In this document: positions 42,700-43,973 of the stretch, piece by piece | Layout: each line of letters opens with the position of its first letter | How positions within the stretch are numbered: position 1 is the first letter of the stretch | Assembly (NCBI GenBank): GCA_030654305.1 | Contig: JAURXS010000052.1 | Coordinates: 1 to 43,973, forward strand | Direction: 5' to 3' | DNA length: 43,973 bases | Source: a bacterium | Lineage (GTDB): Bacteria; Krumholzibacteriota; Krumholzibacteriia; LZORAL124-64-63 | Position numbers and translations under genes: made by a program | Notes under the pieces: model-generated | Databases searched by the model: none | What the model was told of the DNA's origin: nothing | Seen by the model: only the letters and a program-made list of their open reading frames with translations

Positions 42700-43973
42700 T
42701 CAAGTCTGGACGGCGACCCGCCGGTTCTTCGTCACCAGCGACACCACGATTAGCGCCAGGAAGCTCAGCGGGATCGAGATGATCCCCGGCTGCCCCAGCG
42801 GGTGCCACGCCTGTTCGGCGGTAAGCCCGTACGGGCCCGCGAACATCTCCGGCCCGGTCAGGATGATCCCGAGCGAGGAGACGATGCCCACGATGATCGA
42901 GGCCACGATGCCCGCCGCGGTGGTCCGCTTCCAGAACAGGAGCATCAGGATGGCCGGCAGGTTGGCCGACGCCGCCACGGCGAAGGCCCAGCCGACCAGG
43001 AAGCTCACGTTGACCCCGCGGAAGACGATGCCCAGCACGATCGCCACGATGCCCACGGCGAAGGCCGCCAGCTTGCCGGCGCGCACCTTCTGACGGTCGG
43101 TCAGCTCCATGCGGCCGAAGCGGTCCATCAGGTCGTGGGCCACCGCGCCCGAGGCGGCCACGATCAGGCCGGCGACGGTGCCCAGCACGGTCGCGAACGC
43201 GATGGCCGAGATGATGGCGAACAGCACGCCGCCGAAGGACATCGCCAGCAGCGGCGCCGACATGTTGTTGTCGGCCGGGTTCACCGTGCCGTTGACCGCC
43301 GCGCCGAGGCCCAGGAACAGGGTCAGGACGTAGAAGAAACCGATCGAGGCGATGGCCACGATCGTCGACTTGCGGGCGCAGGCCGGGCTCGGCACGGTGT
43401 AGTAGCGGATCAGGATGTGCGGCAGCGCCGCGGTCCCGAAGAACAGGGCCATCATCAGCGACACGAAGTTGAGCTTCTCGGTCGTGGTGTGCACCTTGAA
43501 CTTCACGCCCGGCTTCATCTCGTCGGTGCCCGAGACGGTCTTCGGCGAGTAGACCGCGTACTTGGCGCCCTTCTCGTCGGTCACGGCCTGCTTCTGCCAC
43601 TGCTCGACCCGGGTGTCGGGGTGGGTCAGGTGCGCGAGGAAGGCCAGCGGGCCCACCGCGCCGGTGCCGGCGGCGGCTTCCGCGTCGCTCATCCCGCCGA
43701 TCCGCCGCAGGCGCCCGACGGGCTCCAGCACGCCGCCCGCCACGCCGTTGACAACCCCGTCGCTGGTCCACTGCGCACGCCAGAGCGTGCCGTCGGCCTC
43801 GCGCTTCCACCAGGTGGTCGCCCCGTCGCGGACGTACTTCTGCAGGCTGCCGGTCGTGTGCAGCAGCGCGTACCCCTGCTCCTGGAGCTGGCTCTCGGTG
43901 GCCTGCACGGTCATCTCGCCGCCGGGGGCGCCGCCGTCGAGCCCCACGGGCTCGGTGCTCAGGCCGCGCGCGA
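42700..43973 (-). CDS. actP: cation/acetate symporter ActP (SSF family), C-terminal ~424 codons; 5' end outside window
   Basis: FGTAALPHILIRYYTVPSPACARKS matches the ActP signature (GTAGLPHILMRFFTV..AR.ARKS), followed by about 7 TM helices. The frame stays open to the window edge, so the GTG at 43947 in the ORF track is not the real start. Confidence 0.88.
   Translation of the reverse strand, partial: ARGLSTEPVGLDGGAPGGEMTVQATESQLQEQGYALLHTTGSLQKYVRDGATTWWKREADGTLWRAQWTSDGVVNGVAGGVLEPVGRLRRIGGMSDAEAAAGTGAVGPLAFLAHLTHPDTRVEQWQKQAVTDEKGAKYAVYSPKTVSGTDEMKPGVKFKVHTTTEKLNFVSLMMALFFGTAALPHILIRYYTVPSPACARKSTIVAIASIGFFYVLTLFLGLGAAVNGTVNPADNNMSAPLLAMSFGGVLFAIISAIAFATVLGTVAGLIVAASGAVAHDLMDRFGRMELTDRQKVRAGKLAAFAVGIVAIVLGIVFRGVNVSFLVGWAFAVAASANLPAILMLLFWKRTTAAGIVASIIVGIVSSLGIILTGPEMFAGPYGLTAEQAWHPLGQPGIISIPLSFLALIVVSLVTKNRRVAVQT

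Overview
This is a 43,973-bp window of about 70% GC from a diderm bacterium (LapA/LapB, a porin and a SPOR protein are present). I cannot place it taxonomically from sequence alone. All calls rest on motif recognition in the supplied translations and on reading the DNA by eye; no database search was possible.

Positions 1-38,408 are a dense, almost entirely plus-strand block of housekeeping genes:
- hslU (3' end), argF, a lipoprotein, dapF-dapA-dapB, rpsT (minus strand), uvrC, xerC/D-type recombinase, trpS, scpA-scpB, rluB-like
- hisC, DAHP synthase, a cmk-plsC fusion, rpsA, mtaB-miaB, lapA-lapB, a SPOR protein
- mutS, an unknown 557-aa protein, mutL, miaA, tRNA-Gly(CCC)
- a DUF512 protein, der, plsY, gpsA, a small MerR-type regulator, tRNA-Pro(GGG)
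- an HtrB-like acyltransferase, a GT2 glycosyltransferase, surE, pcm, tRNA-Pro(CGG)

About a dozen gene junctions are 4-nt ATGA or GTGA start/stop overlaps. Most long ORF-track entries in other frames or on the antisense strand are Arg/Pro/Gly-rich artefacts of high GC content.

After tRNA-Pro(CGG) and a strong terminator, the strand flips. The only accessory-looking region follows at 38,670-43,973 on the minus strand. It reads actP (5' end outside the window), an OprO/P-like porin, a membrane sCache-PAS-DUF294 nucleotidyltransferase protein, then a translationally coupled metallophosphoesterase. I consider this the best candidate for an undescribed system. It looks like a periplasm-sensing variant of the uncharacterised DUF294 module that is usually linked to acetate permease genes, with a non-homologous hydrolase partner.

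Its sensor gene is preceded by a relay of three mini-ORFs. Each ends in a TGA that overlaps the next ATG, and two of them arise from a 14-nt tandem triplication of the gene's own start.

Other points worth a second look:
- an AT-rich, rare-codon patch with a perfect 9-bp inverted repeat and an extended -10 element buried in the 3' end of gpsA
- an unknown regulatory-looking gene with its own TATAAT wedged between mutS and mutL
- the cmk-plsC fusion and a 15-nt tandem repeat at its 5' end
- a tRNA-Gly with C at T-loop position 55

I saw no rRNA, CRISPR array, transposase, prophage or recognisable defence gene.
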